A DNA stretch of 64,000 bases from an uncultured delta proteobacterium (GCA_963727445.1 CAVSGI010000006.1:704001-768000); one strand, 5' to 3'; positions 49,756 through 60,721 are shown, counted from the stretch's first letter. Numbers and translations: made by a program. Notes: a model not told the origin generated them from the letters alone.

Positions 49756-52166
49756 CGCGTAGGTGGCCAATTGGGGGCCCGGCGCCCTCTGGCCGCCTGG
49801 CCCTGGCGCTGGCGGAGCGCGGCTTCGGCCCTGCTTCTGCTCTGTGTCGGGTCGCCGGCGTCGGCGCAGGATCTCGCGTCGGTGGGGCGGGAGATCACGG
49901 ACATCCACGCCAACGCGCAGCGCATCGCCAGCGAGCGCATCGAGCGCAACCAGACGCGCTTGCGCAGCCCCACCTACGTCGAGGAGCGCCTCACCGACGG
50001 CGAGCTCTTCTACCGGCTGCAGGACTACGTCCGCGCCAGCATCATCTTCACCGACATCGTCGAGAACTACCCGACGCACCGCGCCTATCCCGATGCGCTC
50101 TTCCTCCTCGCCGACTCGCTCTTCCGCGCGGGCGATTACCTCGGCGCGCGCACGCCGCTTCCGCGAGCTGATCCTCGAGCACGCGGGCGAGGCCGCGTTC
50201 CGGCCCTACGCTCAGCGCGCCCTCGGCCGACTGATCGAGATCGCGATCGACACGCGCGACTTCGACGGCGTCGAGGACTACTTCGCGGCGCTGAGCCGCT
50301 TGCCGCCGAGCGAGATCGAGGCGGCCACCGCCTACTTCCGCGCGAAGTATCTCTACAACCGCGCGGTGCCCGACCGAGGACGTCCTGCGCGAGCGTCAGC
50401 GACGACGAGCCCGCCCCGCAGATCGATCAGGCCGTGCTCGACCAGGCGCGCGTCGGCCTTCGAGGCGCGTCGCCGAGGGCAGCCCCTACTATCCGCAGGC
50501 GCGCTACTTCATCGGCGTCATCTACACCCTCCGCGGGCAGTACCCGCAGGCGATCGAAGCCTTCCGCCGGGTGCTGCGCGTCCCGCGCCACCACGCAGGA
50601 GCAGCGCCAGGTCATCGAGCTGACGCAGCTCGCCCTCGGGCGCCTCTACTACGAGACCGATCAGATCGATCAGGCGATCGAGGCCTACCAGGCGGTGCCG
50701 CGCACCAGCCCCGAACTTCGACGTGGCGCTCTACGAGATCGCATGGGTGTACATCCGCATGGGCGACTCGACCCGCGCCGAGCGCGCCCTCGAGGTGCTC
50801 ACCATCGCCGCAGCCCGACAGCCGCTTCATTCCCGACGGCAACGATGCTGCGCGGCAACCTGCTCCTGCGCAACGGTCGCTTCGACGACGCCGAGCAGGT
50901 CTTCCGCCAGGTGCGCAACCAGTTCGGGCCCGTGCGACGCGAGCTCGAAGAGATGGTCGCCGAGCACGACGACCCCCGCGACGTACTTCCACGCGCTCGT
51001 GCGCGACAACATGGAGAGCTTCAACGCCAACGAGTTCCTGCCGCCGCTGGCGCGCCGTTGGGCGAGCCTCGAGGGCGACATGGACCGGGCACTCGGCGTG
51101 CTCAGCGATCTCGCCCAGGCGCGGCAGCTGGTCGACGAGACCTCGGACCTCGTGCTCCGCCTCAACGCCGCCATCAACGCGCCGAACGCGGTCAACATCT
51201 TCGCCGACCTGCGACGCCATCGGGAGACCACGGTCGGCCTGCGCAACCGCTTGGCGCGGGCGCGCCGAGATCTGATCGCCATCGAAGGCGACTCGGTGGG
51301 CGACAGCGGCGAGCTCGGCTCGATCCGCAGCCAGCGCCGTCGCATCGAGCGGATGCTCGGCGGGATGCCGACGGAAGAGGACGACTTCCAGATCCGGAAC
51401 GATCGAGCTCCTCGGCCGCTACCGCGCGCTGTCGCGCGAGCTCAAGAACCTCCAGGTCGAGCTGATGGGCATCGAGGCGCGCATCGTCGCGACCGACCGC
51501 TTCCTCGACGACACCGCGGAGCAGCAGTCCGACCCCAGCCAGGCCGACGCGGTACGCAGCGAGCTCGAGACCCATCGCGAGGCGGTGACGGGCTACCGGG
51601 AGCAGATCCACCAGCTCGAGCGGCTGATCGAGATCGGCCCGCATTCAGGTGGGCGTGGGCGACTCCCGCTACCAGCGCGATGACCGGCTTCGCGCCGAGT
51701 ACACCCAGCTGGTGGAGCAGGAGCGCTCGATGCTCGGGGGCCGCGGCTCGAGCGCCCGCGAGATCGACACCCTCTTCGGCCGGATCGCCGAGATCGAGGG
51801 GATCCTCGACCGCCACGACGCGCTGATCGACCAGGTGGTGGAAGAAAGAACCGCCGATATGCGTCGGGTGATCGAGTGAGGAAAGCGACAACCTCACATC
51901 GCTACCGTGAGCAGCTCGCGTCCCTTCAGCTCGAAGCCGAAGAGGTCGTGGGCGGCGTGACCTACACGAACTTCGACCAGGTGCGGCACCGCTTCTACGA
52001 CCTGGTGCTGCGCGCGGACGTGGGCCGTATCGACGTGGCCTGGGCGCGGCGCGAGGAGCACCGCATGCGCGTCGACATGCTCACGCGCGAGCGCTCCCAA
52101 CAGCTACAGGCCCTCGACGACGAGTTCCGAGAGATCATGGACCTGTCCAACGGACGCCACCGGTGA
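49752..52166 (+). CDS. large periplasmic TPR/coiled-coil protein (Glt-cluster type), heavily frameshifted
   Basis: TPR segments (DALFLLADSLFRAGDY, LALGRLYYE, ALYEIAW) and terminal RFYDLVLRADVGRIDVAW, spread across frames. Confidence 0.65.
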
Positions 52167-52172
52167 CGCGCA

Positions 52173-55100
52173 ATGAGAGCCCTGGCCGTCGATCCTCGCC
52201 CTCTTGTCTGGGCGGGCCCGTCGCACTCGCGCAGCCGCCGCAAGAAGGGCAGCCAGAAGAGGGGCAGCCGCAAGAAGGGCAGCCTCAACAAGGCACCGTT
52301 CAGCAGGGCACCACGCAACAGGGCACCGCCCAGCAGGGCACCGCGCAGCAGGGCACCGTCCAGCAGGGCACCCAGGCCACGCCCTGGGCCGGCACGGCGG
52401 CCACGCCCCCGCCTCCCGCCTTCCTCGACACCACGGATCACCGCATCGAGGACACCCGGCCGCCGCCGACTCCCGAGCAAGTTGCGGCACTTCGGGAGAT
52501 GAGGCAGAGGTCGAGCGCTTTGCGACGATTGGCTCGTCCTATCGAGACACGGTGCTCTCCATCGTTCGACGGGAGTATCTGCGCCAGCGCCGCGCGCGCA
52601 ATCAGGGCTACGCGCGGCAGATCCGCGAAGAGGAGCGGCTGCAGAACGAGGCGCGCGAGCGCGCCATCCGCCTCTTCGAGCGCTTCATCCGGCGCTACCC
52701 GGACGACCCCACCTACACGCCCGACGCGATGTTCCGGCTGGGCGAGCTCTACTTCGAGCGCAGCGCCATCGAGTTCCAGACCGCCTACGAGGATGCGCAG
52801 GCGGCGCGGGACCGCGGTGAGACGCCTCCCGAGGGCGGAGACACCCCCGACTTCACGCCCACCATCGAGCTCTACCGCGCCTGGTCAGCAGCTTCCCGGA
52901 CTACCGGCGGATCGACGGCGTCTACTACCTCATCGGCTACTGCCTCAACGAGATGGGCAGCGTCGACGAGGCGCGCGTCGCCTGGCTGAACCTGGTCTGC
53001 GCCAACAAGTACACCTACGACCCGACCCAATACGCCGAGGAGCAGCTGGAGCAGGCCGAGCAGGAAGCGACCGAGGGCGAGGAGGGCGAGGAAGAGGAGG
53101 AATCCCCGGCGCTCACCCTCGACGGTCCGACGACGCCCGAGGAGCCCGCGGGTCCCTACGTCGACCCTTACGACGGCTGCCAGCCCGTGCAGCCCGACGC
53201 CGCGTTCATCAGCGAGACCTGGTTCCGCATCGGCGAGTACCACTTCGACTCGACTACGGCAGCCGCACTCGCTCGAATGTGCGATCAGCGCCTACGACAA
53301 GGTCCTCGCCGACCCCGAGGACCGCAACTACAACCTCGCGCTCTACAAGGTGGCCTGGGCGTACTACCGCGCGAGCCGTTACCCCGAGGCCATCGAGCAC
53401 TTCTCGCAGCTCGTGCAGTGGTCCGACGACGAGCAGCGCCGCACGGGCCGGGCGGGCTCGGAGCTGCGTCCGGAGGCGATCCAGTACCTGGGCATCTCCT
53501 TCGCGTACGACGACTGGAACGAGAACCAGATCCCCGATACCGACGAGGGGGAGCCCTCCGGCATCCAGCGCGTCCAGGACCCGACGCTCCTGCCGCAGGA
53601 TCGCGACTGGACCGCCGAGGTCTACTTCGAGCTCGGCAACGTGTACTTCGAGGAGGACAAGTACCCCGACGCGATCGCCGTCTGGAAGCTCGCGCTCGAA
53701 CGCTGGCCGAACCACCCGCGGCGCCCCGGAGATCACGCAACATGATCGCCCGCGCCTACACGCGGAACCAGGAGATGGAAGAGGCCATCACCTACCGGGC
53801 CGCCCTCGGCGACTTCGGTCCCAGCGCCTGCCGCGACGATCCCGACTGCTGGTGGAACCAGAACGTGGACCACCCCTCGGAGCAGCGCAACGCCGAGCAG
53901 CTCGCGGAGAACGCGCTCATCAACACGGCGGTGCACTACCACCAGGAAGCGCAGCGGCTCAGGCGCCAGTGCGTCGAGCAGCAGGCCCCCGAGCTCTGCC
54001 AGCAGTCGAGCACCGCATACCAGCTCGCGGCGCGCGCCTATCGCCGCTACCTCGACCAGCTACCCGAACAGCCCCCAGGCTTACGAGCTCCAGCTACAAC
54101 CTCGCCGACGCGCTCTACTGGTCGGAGGACTACGAGGAGGCGGCCAGCGAGTATGCGCGCGGTCCGCGACTCGAACCTCGACGACACGCACCTGTCCGAG
54201 TCGGCGCGCCGCGTGGTGGAGTCGCTCAAGCGCCTGCGTCGACGCCGCCAGCGAGAGCGCGGCAGATCTCACATCCGCGACCGAGCCGCCCGAGGCCCAG
54301 GGCGACGCCGCCCGCGCGTCATGCCGGTGGCCATGCCCGAGCTCCTGTCAGCGCATCGCGCAGGCCCGCGAGGTCTACCTGGCGCGCGTCGCCCGAGCGC
54401 AGGACAGCGAGAACGTCCGCGCGGCCTACGACTACAACAACGCGCTGCTCCTCTACTATGTACGGCTACTGGCCGCAGGCGCGGGAGCGCTTCGAGCGCA
54501 TCTACGACGAGCGCTGCAACGGCCCCGACGCCGACGAGACCGGCCAGCGTCGCGTGGCTGAGCCTGCGCAACATGGCGGTGCAGCTCCAGCAGGACGAGG
54601 AGGTCGAGCGCCTCGCGCCGCGACGTGCCAGCGAGCGCCAGTGCACCTTCACGCCGGACGGTCGAGCGCGGCAGCGCGAGTCGACTGCTCGCGACAGGAG
54701 GAGAACGCGGAGCACCCGCGCTGCCGCGCCATGGGCGACCTACCAACGCCTGCGCTACCAGCGCGCGCTCGACATCTTCCGGCAGGCCGAGGCGGCGTCG
54801 GGCGACGAGCAGCGCCAGCTCTACGAGCAGGCGGCGACCATGCTGGTGCAACGCGGTCAACGACGAGCCGAACCACCCGCAGGCGCCGCTGCGCGCTCGA
54901 GAGGCGGCGACTCGCGCTCGAGCGGACCAGCCGCTTCGAGTCGGCCGGCCGCCTCTACCAGCGCATCATCGACGAGGTCGGCCCGCAGACCAGCGACGAC
55001 GCCGGAGCGCCAGAAGCGAGCTCGACGGCATCCTCGCCAACGCGTACTTCCGCCTCGCGTACAACGCGAACCGCTTCTTCGACTACGAGCGCGCGGTCGA

Positions 55101-56203
55101 GAACTACCGGCACATCGCCGACTCGCCCCGCTTCGCGCGTTCGACCGAGCAGGACATCGTCGAGAAGCGCGACGGACGCGCTGATCAACGCCGCGCAGCA
55201 TCCTCGAGTACCAGCAGCGACTACCGGCGCGCGGCGGAGTACTACGCGCGCGCCGCGGAGACGCCTGACCGACCCGGCGAGGCGAAGCGGAACGCCCGCT
55301 ACCGCGTCGCCGAGATGGCGTTCAAGCAGCGCAACTGGAGCGGGGCCATCCGCGAGATGCGCGACTTCATCAACCGCTACGAGCGACGACCCGGCGGCGG
55401 GCGAGCTCGTGGTGCAGGCCTACTGGCGCATCGCCCAGGCGACGCGAGAACAGCCGCGGGCGCGGCTACGACGAGCGCCCTGCAGGACGTGGTCGACGCG
55501 TTCAGCCGCACGGCCAGGAGCCCGGCTCGCATGGCCGCCGAGTACGCGGCGCACGCGAAGTTCATCCTGGTCGGACGGCGCCATCGCCGACTTCGAGGAC
55601 TTCGCCATCCGGCCGGGGCACCGCCGCGACGATGCAGGCCTACGTCAACACCTCAAACAGCAGATCGAGGAGGGCGCGCGCCGGGCGCAGGGCATCAAGG
55701 ACGGCTACGAGCCGGTGCTCGGCCTACCGCCGCCCGACCTGGACCATCGCCGCCTTCATGCGGCAGGGCCGCGCCTACGAGATCCTCGCGCGCGCCGTCC
55801 TGAACACGCCGTTCATCATGCCGACCGACCTCGCGCGCCAGATGCGCCGCCTGGCGCCGGACGCCCGGGACGACATCCGTCTCGAGATCGAAGGCACGGT
55901 GCAGCAGGTGCTCGACGAGCAGGTGCGTCCCATCGAGTGCTTCGCGGTCGTGCGCTACGCGCTCGCGGCGCGTGCGGCGCGGCGCCGGCAACATCGACAA
56001 CGAGTACACCCAGCTAGGCGATCGACCGGCTCCAGGCCTACGGCGACGAGCGCATCGCGGAGTGCATCGCCGAGGCGCAGCGAAACGACCCGAGCTTCCA
56101 GGCGTACAGCAATGGTGAGTTCGCCCGCGCCCCGCGCGGCCGTAACCTGGACATGGACGCCGACACCTCGCCGCCGTCGCTCTCCAGCCCCCAGAGCCGC
56201 TAA
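52173..56203 (+). CDS. GltD/AgmU-like very large TPR protein, heavily frameshifted
   Basis: Signal peptide, QQGT repeats and TPR fragments (DAMFRLGELYFE, ETWFRIGEYHF, ALYKVAWAYY, AYFRLAYNA). The TAA stop overlaps the next ATG. Confidence 0.65.
52241..52375 (+). repeat. nine 15-bp coding tandem repeats (QEGQP / QQGTx)
   Basis: caagaagggcagccN-type units x3 followed by cagcagggcaccNNN-type units x6. Confidence 0.85.
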
Positions 56204-57777
56204 TGCCAATGCCGCCCAGTCACACCATCCGCCGGCTTTCCTCCTCAGCCCCTCCCTGCGACGCACCTTCAGTGCGCCTCAGTCGGGGCTTGCGGGGGCG
56301 CTCGGCGGCTGGCGCAACTGGACGGCATTGGAGCCAGACGCTCTTTCTGCTCCTCGCGCTGTCCGTACTGCCCATCGGCTGCAAGGCCTGCGAAGACGAG
56401 GAAGACGGGACGACCGCCGAGGGCGGCTCCTCCACTTCGGGTGGAGAGAGCACCGGCGGCGGGCTCGAGGCTCCGGACGGCAGCCAGGGTCCCGGCGACG
56501 AGGGCTGGGACGGTGACGAGGGTGGCGGCGCTGGCGGCGACACCGCTAGCGGCGGGACTCAGAACGGCACCCAGGGCGGCGGCGACGACGCCAGCAGCGC
56601 TGGCGGCGAAAGCCCCTGGGGCTCGCCGGTCACCGAGCAGGGTCGCCCTCTGCCTCCCCGCCGGCCGATGAACAGCGGCGCGCGCAACGCCTATGCCCAG
56701 GGGGTCTCCGCGGCACAGAGCGGCAACGACGCCGCCGCGGTCCGGGCTTTCGAGCAGGCGCTCTCCGCGGACGGCAACGCCTACAAGGCAGCCTACAACC
56801 TCGGGGTGATGGCGGACCGCGCCGGCAACGAGCGCCAGGCCCTCGACTACTACCGGCGCGCCCTGCGCATCCTGCCCGACTACGAGCGCGCGGCGCAGGG
56901 CATCGTCACCATCCACATCCGCAACAACAACGTCCCCGAGGCGCTCGCTTTCATCGAGCCTCTCGCGCGACAGTGGGTGCGGAACCTCTACCTTCAGGCC
57001 CTCTACGCCGAGGTGCTCGTTCACGCGAATCGCCCGGACGATGCGCTGACCGCGGCCCGCGGCGCGCTTCGGCGCGACGAGCGCTTCGTGCCGGCGATGG
57101 TCGCCATCGTCAAAGCGAGCCTCAAGCAGAACCGCACCGAGCTCGCCGAGGCGATCATCGCGCAGGCGCTCGAGGTCGACGACGACAACGCAGAGCTCCA
57201 CTACCTCAAGGGCCGGATGCTCCTCGAGGAAGAGGGGCGTCAGCGTGATGCGCTGAACGAGCTGAGGCGGGCGGTCACGCTTCGACCCGACTTCGCCGAG
57301 GCGCGGATGGCGCTGGGCATTCAGCTCATGAACGGCGCGAACTACACCGAGGCGCTGCAGCAGTTCCAGGCGGCCGCGGCTCTCGCGCCGACCCTCGTCG
57401 CCGTCCACCTCAACCTGGGCGACGCCTATCGGGCGAACAAGAACTGGCAGCAGGCGAAGGCGAGCTTCGACCGCGCCCTGTCGATGCAGTCGAATCTGCC
57501 CGAAGCGCACTTCGACCTCGCGCTGATGTACATGAGCGCCGGTGAGGATTTCCCGGGACAGAGCAACCTCGAGTCGCTCCAGAAGGCGGTCGAGGAGTTC
57601 AACACGTACCGGAGCATGATGGGCCCGAGGCTGCCACGCGACGATCCGTCCGAGGCCTACCTCGAGGACCTGAATCGACAGGTGGAGCGTGAGCAGCGGC
57701 GCATCGAGCGCGAAGCTGCGCGCGCACAGCGCGATGCCGCGCGTACGGGCGCCGAGGGCGGCGACGGAGGTCAGTGA
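56203..57777 (+). CDS. GltE/AglT-like TPR lipoprotein
   Basis: Hydrophobic stretch with LPIGC lipobox, Gly-rich linker and consecutive TPRs. Frame is intact; start is uncertain. Confidence 0.72.
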   Translation: MPMPPSHTIRRLSSSAPPCDAPSVRLSRGLRGRSAAGATGRHWSQTLFLLLALSVLPIGCKACEDEEDGTTAEGGSSTSGGESTGGGLEAPDGSQGPGDEGWDGDEGGGAGGDTASGGTQNGTQGGGDDASSAGGESPWGSPVTEQGRPLPPRRPMNSGARNAYAQGVSAAQSGNDAAAVRAFEQALSADGNAYKAAYNLGVMADRAGNERQALDYYRRALRILPDYERAAQGIVTIHIRNNNVPEALAFIEPLARQWVRNLYLQALYAEVLVHANRPDDALTAARGALRRDERFVPAMVAIVKASLKQNRTELAEAIIAQALEVDDDNAELHYLKGRMLLEEEGRQRDALNELRRAVTLRPDFAEARMALGIQLMNGANYTEALQQFQAAAALAPTLVAVHLNLGDAYRANKNWQQAKASFDRALSMQSNLPEAHFDLALMYMSAGEDFPGQSNLESLQKAVEEFNTYRSMMGPRLPRDDPSEAYLEDLNRQVEREQRRIEREAARAQRDAARTGAEGGDGGQ

Positions 57778-58028
57778 TGCGAAGTTTCTTCACGATGGTT
57801 CTTGTCGCGGTGGGGCTCTGCCTCGGCGCCAGCTCTGTTGCCTCGGCCGAAGCGCCGGCCGCGCCCCGGCACATCACCGAGCTGCCGATGACGGTGATCC
57901 ACGGCGACCTCCAGCGACCGATGGCCAGCTACATCCTCACCCGCAGCGGCGACCGCTACGAGGTGCGCGAGCTTCGGACGAGCTTCGTGCGCGAGATCGT
58001 GCGAAGCGTCCAGCGGGAGGAGCTGTGA
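57774..58028 (+). CDS. GltF/CglF-like small secreted protein (paralog 1)
   Basis: Signal peptide and VIHGDLQRPMASYILTRS..LRTSFVREIVRSV. Confidence 0.68.
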   Translation: MMRSFFTMVLVAVGLCLGASSVASAEAPAAPRHITELPMTVIHGDLQRPMASYILTRSGDRYEVRELRTSFVREIVRSVQREEL

Positions 58029-58279
58029 TGAAGACGCGCTTCGTCGGGGCGGTGCTTCTCTTCGCTCTCCTCCTCGGTGCGATCTCGATCGCGAGCGCGC
58101 AGCAGAACCAGCGGCGCCCCCGGGTGATCCAGCTCGACGAGATCCGCATCGAGGGCCGCGTGCAGAAGCCCAACGCCTTCTACATCCTCAACCGCTCGAA
58201 TCTCGGCTACGAGGTCATGGACCTTCGCACCAGCTTCGTGCGTGAGGTGATTCGGTCGGTCCAGCACGACCCCTTCTGA
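58028..58279 (+). CDS. GltF/CglF-like small secreted protein (paralog 2)
   Basis: Signal peptide and IRIEGRVQKPNAFYILNRS..LRTSFVREVIRSV. Confidence 0.72.
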   Translation: MKTRFVGAVLLFALLLGAISIASAQQNQRRPRVIQLDEIRIEGRVQKPNAFYILNRSNLGYEVMDLRTSFVREVIRSVQHDPF

Positions 58280-58321
58280 TGTGATGGCGCCCAGGCACGC
58301 CACTCGGCGGCTTACCTCCTC

Positions 58322-58424
58322 GGCGCCTCCCTGCGAAATACCTCCGGTATTCCTCGGTCGGCGCCTGTCAGTGGGGGGCTGCTCGCCCCCCTCGAGCCCC
58401 CTCGGGGGGCGCTCGCCGACTGAC
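58322..58424. other. structured intergenic element (two adjacent stem-loop modules)
   Basis: GGCGCC..AATACC-tcc-GGTATT..GGCGCC (58322-58365). A GTCAGT/ACTGAC stem (58367-58424) encloses G6-loop-C6 and GAGC/GCTC hairpins. Confidence 0.45.
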
Positions 58425-58450
58425 GTACCTGAACGCCATCACCCGAAACG

Positions 58451-59038
58451 GTGATTCAGCCGATTCACATACTGCAGTTGCTGCTCGCCGTGGCCGCGAT
58501 CGGGGTGGTGGCGGAGCGGTGCCGGGCGCTCCTCTTTCGGGCGCCGGTGGACACGAAGCCCTTCCTGAAGGCGATCGACCGTGCCGTGGAAGACGGGGAC
58601 GTCGACGACGCGCGGGCGCTGGCGAAGGCCGGGGCGCCGGCCTGGGTTCCGGAGGTGGTGAGCCTCTGCCTGGCAGGGGAGGGCATGGAGGCCCTCGAGC
58701 GGGCGAGCGACCTCCGATACGAGGCGACCAAGCGGCTCTATGCGCTGCGGGTCTTCGCGAGCCTGGGCACGGCCCTCGGCTTCTTGGGAGCCCTGGTGGA
58801 GCTCATCTGGCTAATGTCGGGGGATCACGGGCTCTTGGCGCTCCAAGCTGGGCTGGTCGAGAGGATCGCGATGGAGCGGGCGATCCTGGCGATGGCGATC
58901 GGGGTGGCCATCAGCGTCTTTTCCCTGGTCTCGCTGTCGATTCTGAAGAAGGCAGCCATGGGGCTCGTTCGGGACGTCAGCCGAGCCCTCGATCTCCTGG
59001 AAAGACACGGTTTTGCTTCTTCCGAGATTCCCGCGTGA
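58451..59038 (+). CDS. divergent MotA/TolQ/ExbB-family membrane protein
   Basis: Three-TM topology, TM2 ASLGTALGFLGALV and TM3 AILAMAIGVAI. Confidence 0.7.
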   Translation: MIQPIHILQLLLAVAAIGVVAERCRALLFRAPVDTKPFLKAIDRAVEDGDVDDARALAKAGAPAWVPEVVSLCLAGEGMEALERASDLRYEATKRLYALRVFASLGTALGFLGALVELIWLMSGDHGLLALQAGLVERIAMERAILAMAIGVAISVFSLVSLSILKKAAMGLVRDVSRALDLLERHGFASSEIPA

Positions 59039-59060
59039 TCGGGCTTCATGATAGGGTTCG

Positions 59061-59088
59061 GGAACTTTCGGGCGGGCCCGCTGTCTGA
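59061..59088 (+). promoter_or_regulatory. RpoE-type ECF promoter upstream of the gltG-like gene
   Basis: GGAACTT(59061-67)-N16-TCTGA(59084-88). Confidence 0.6.
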
Positions 59089-59130
59089 ACCCCTCGGAGG
59101 ACCGGGCTGACCTTGGAGATCACAGGATAG

Positions 59131-60573
59131 ATGGCGAATCCTCCCCAACAACAGCAGCGAGCCGGAGGCGGCAAACCCGGCGCGATGACCATGGCCATGC
59201 GGGCGGTCCAGGTGGCCCCCACCGGCCCGAAGGTCCTGCGGATCGGCCTGATTCAGAGCGGCAAGATCGTCGAAGAGCGCATCATTCGTAAGCGCGAGAC
59301 GGTCTCCGTCGGCCCCTCCGAGAAGAACCACTTCATCGTCCAGGCGACCAGCCTGCCGTCGCGCTTCGAGCTCTTTCAGCTCGTCGGCAACGACTACATC
59401 CTGAACTTCACCGCCGACATGAAGGGGCGCGTCGCGCTCCCCGGCGGCGTGCAGGATCTCGACACCCTCCGCAGCAGCGGCGGCGCGCGCAACGCGGGCA
59501 CGCACTTCCAGGTCAAGCTCAACGACAACTCGCGTGGCAAGGTCACGATCGGCAACACGACGCTGCTCTTCCAGTTCGTCGTGCCGCCGCCGGTGCAGCC
59601 GCGACCGCAGCTTCCCGCCGCGGCGCGAGGTGGCTTCGTCAAGGGGATCGACTGGATGTTCACGGCCTTCGTCGTGTTCAGCTACATGATCTTCTTCGGC
59701 TTCATCGTCTATCTGGAGAGCGCCGACTGGCCCATCCAACAGGGGATCTCGGCGATCCCGGACGAGTTCTCGAACCTGATCCTCGACGAGCCCGAGCCGC
59801 CGCCCGAAGAGACGAACGCCGAGGTGACCGAGGAAGAGGTGACCGAAGAGGAAGCCGAAGAGGTCGCCGAGACCAACACCACGCCGACGAACAACCAGCA
59901 GGAATCGAACAACAACGCCCAGGCGCAGGCCGAGGCCCAGGCGCGCATCAGTCAGGAGGCGCGGGCGCAGGCCGAGGCGCTCCTGCTCGGCGCGCTGGGT
60001 GAGGGTGGGGCGCTCACCGACGTCCTCGCTGGCGGCCAGGTCACCACCAACGCCGCCGACGTCCTCGCGCAGGCCGAAGGTGTGGGCGTCGCCACGACCC
60101 AGGGCGGCCAGCTCCGCACCCGCAGCGGCGGTGGCGGCTCTGGCGAGGGGGGCGGCCTCGGTCAGCTCGCCGCGTCCCGGGGCGGCAACATGGCTCAGTC
60201 GGAGGGCACGCAGATCGTCGAGCGGCGCATCCGCGGCAACGTCAATTTCGGCTCCGGTGACGAGATCGGCGGCTGCGGCGTCTTCGACCAGGCCCAGGTC
60301 GTCCGGATGATCCGCAGCCGTCAAAGCGCATTCCGCCGCTGCTACGAAAACGCCCTCAGGAACAACCCGACCCTCAACGGCCGCGTCTCCGTCCAGTTCA
60401 CCATCCAGGAGCGAGGCAACGTCAGCGGCGCCCGCGCCACGGAAAACACCACTGGAGACGCGGGCTTGGCCAGCTGCGTCGTCGGCGTCATCAACCGCCT
60501 CAGGTGGCGAGAGGGCCCCGAGGGCGGCAGCGTGCAGTTCAGCTACCCGTTCATCTTCGCGCCGCAGAACTAG
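59131..60573 (+). CDS. GltG/PglI-like protein (cytoplasmic FHA-like domain, TM, linker, TonB-C-like domain)
   Basis: KVLRIG..IVEERI N-domain, single TM and E/Q-rich linker. C-terminal RRCYENALR..GRVSVQFTI..SCV..FSYPFIF. Confidence 0.8.
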   Translation: MANPPQQQQRAGGGKPGAMTMAMRAVQVAPTGPKVLRIGLIQSGKIVEERIIRKRETVSVGPSEKNHFIVQATSLPSRFELFQLVGNDYILNFTADMKGRVALPGGVQDLDTLRSSGGARNAGTHFQVKLNDNSRGKVTIGNTTLLFQFVVPPPVQPRPQLPAAARGGFVKGIDWMFTAFVVFSYMIFFGFIVYLESADWPIQQGISAIPDEFSNLILDEPEPPPEETNAEVTEEEVTEEEAEEVAETNTTPTNNQQESNNNAQAQAEAQARISQEARAQAEALLLGALGEGGALTDVLAGGQVTTNAADVLAQAEGVGVATTQGGQLRTRSGGGGSGEGGGLGQLAASRGGNMAQSEGTQIVERRIRGNVNFGSGDEIGGCGVFDQAQVVRMIRSRQSAFRRCYENALRNNPTLNGRVSVQFTIQERGNVSGARATENTTGDAGLASCVVGVINRLRWREGPEGGSVQFSYPFIFAPQN

Positions 60574-60721
60574 CTACAGTCGGGCCGCTCCTGAACCACG
60601 GCGCACCTCTGGGCAACCACTGGGGCTGATGCGCACGCGTCATCGGGTTGATTCTCAAGTCGACCCCTTGTCAGAGTGCCCGTCCCCTCATCGATAAGGT
60701 CATGATTTCCCGAGGAATCCC

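Noticed and set aside
52163..56017. 1284-aa ORF as given in the track
   Set aside because: A mosaic of in-frame and off-frame segments caused by the insertion hotspot.
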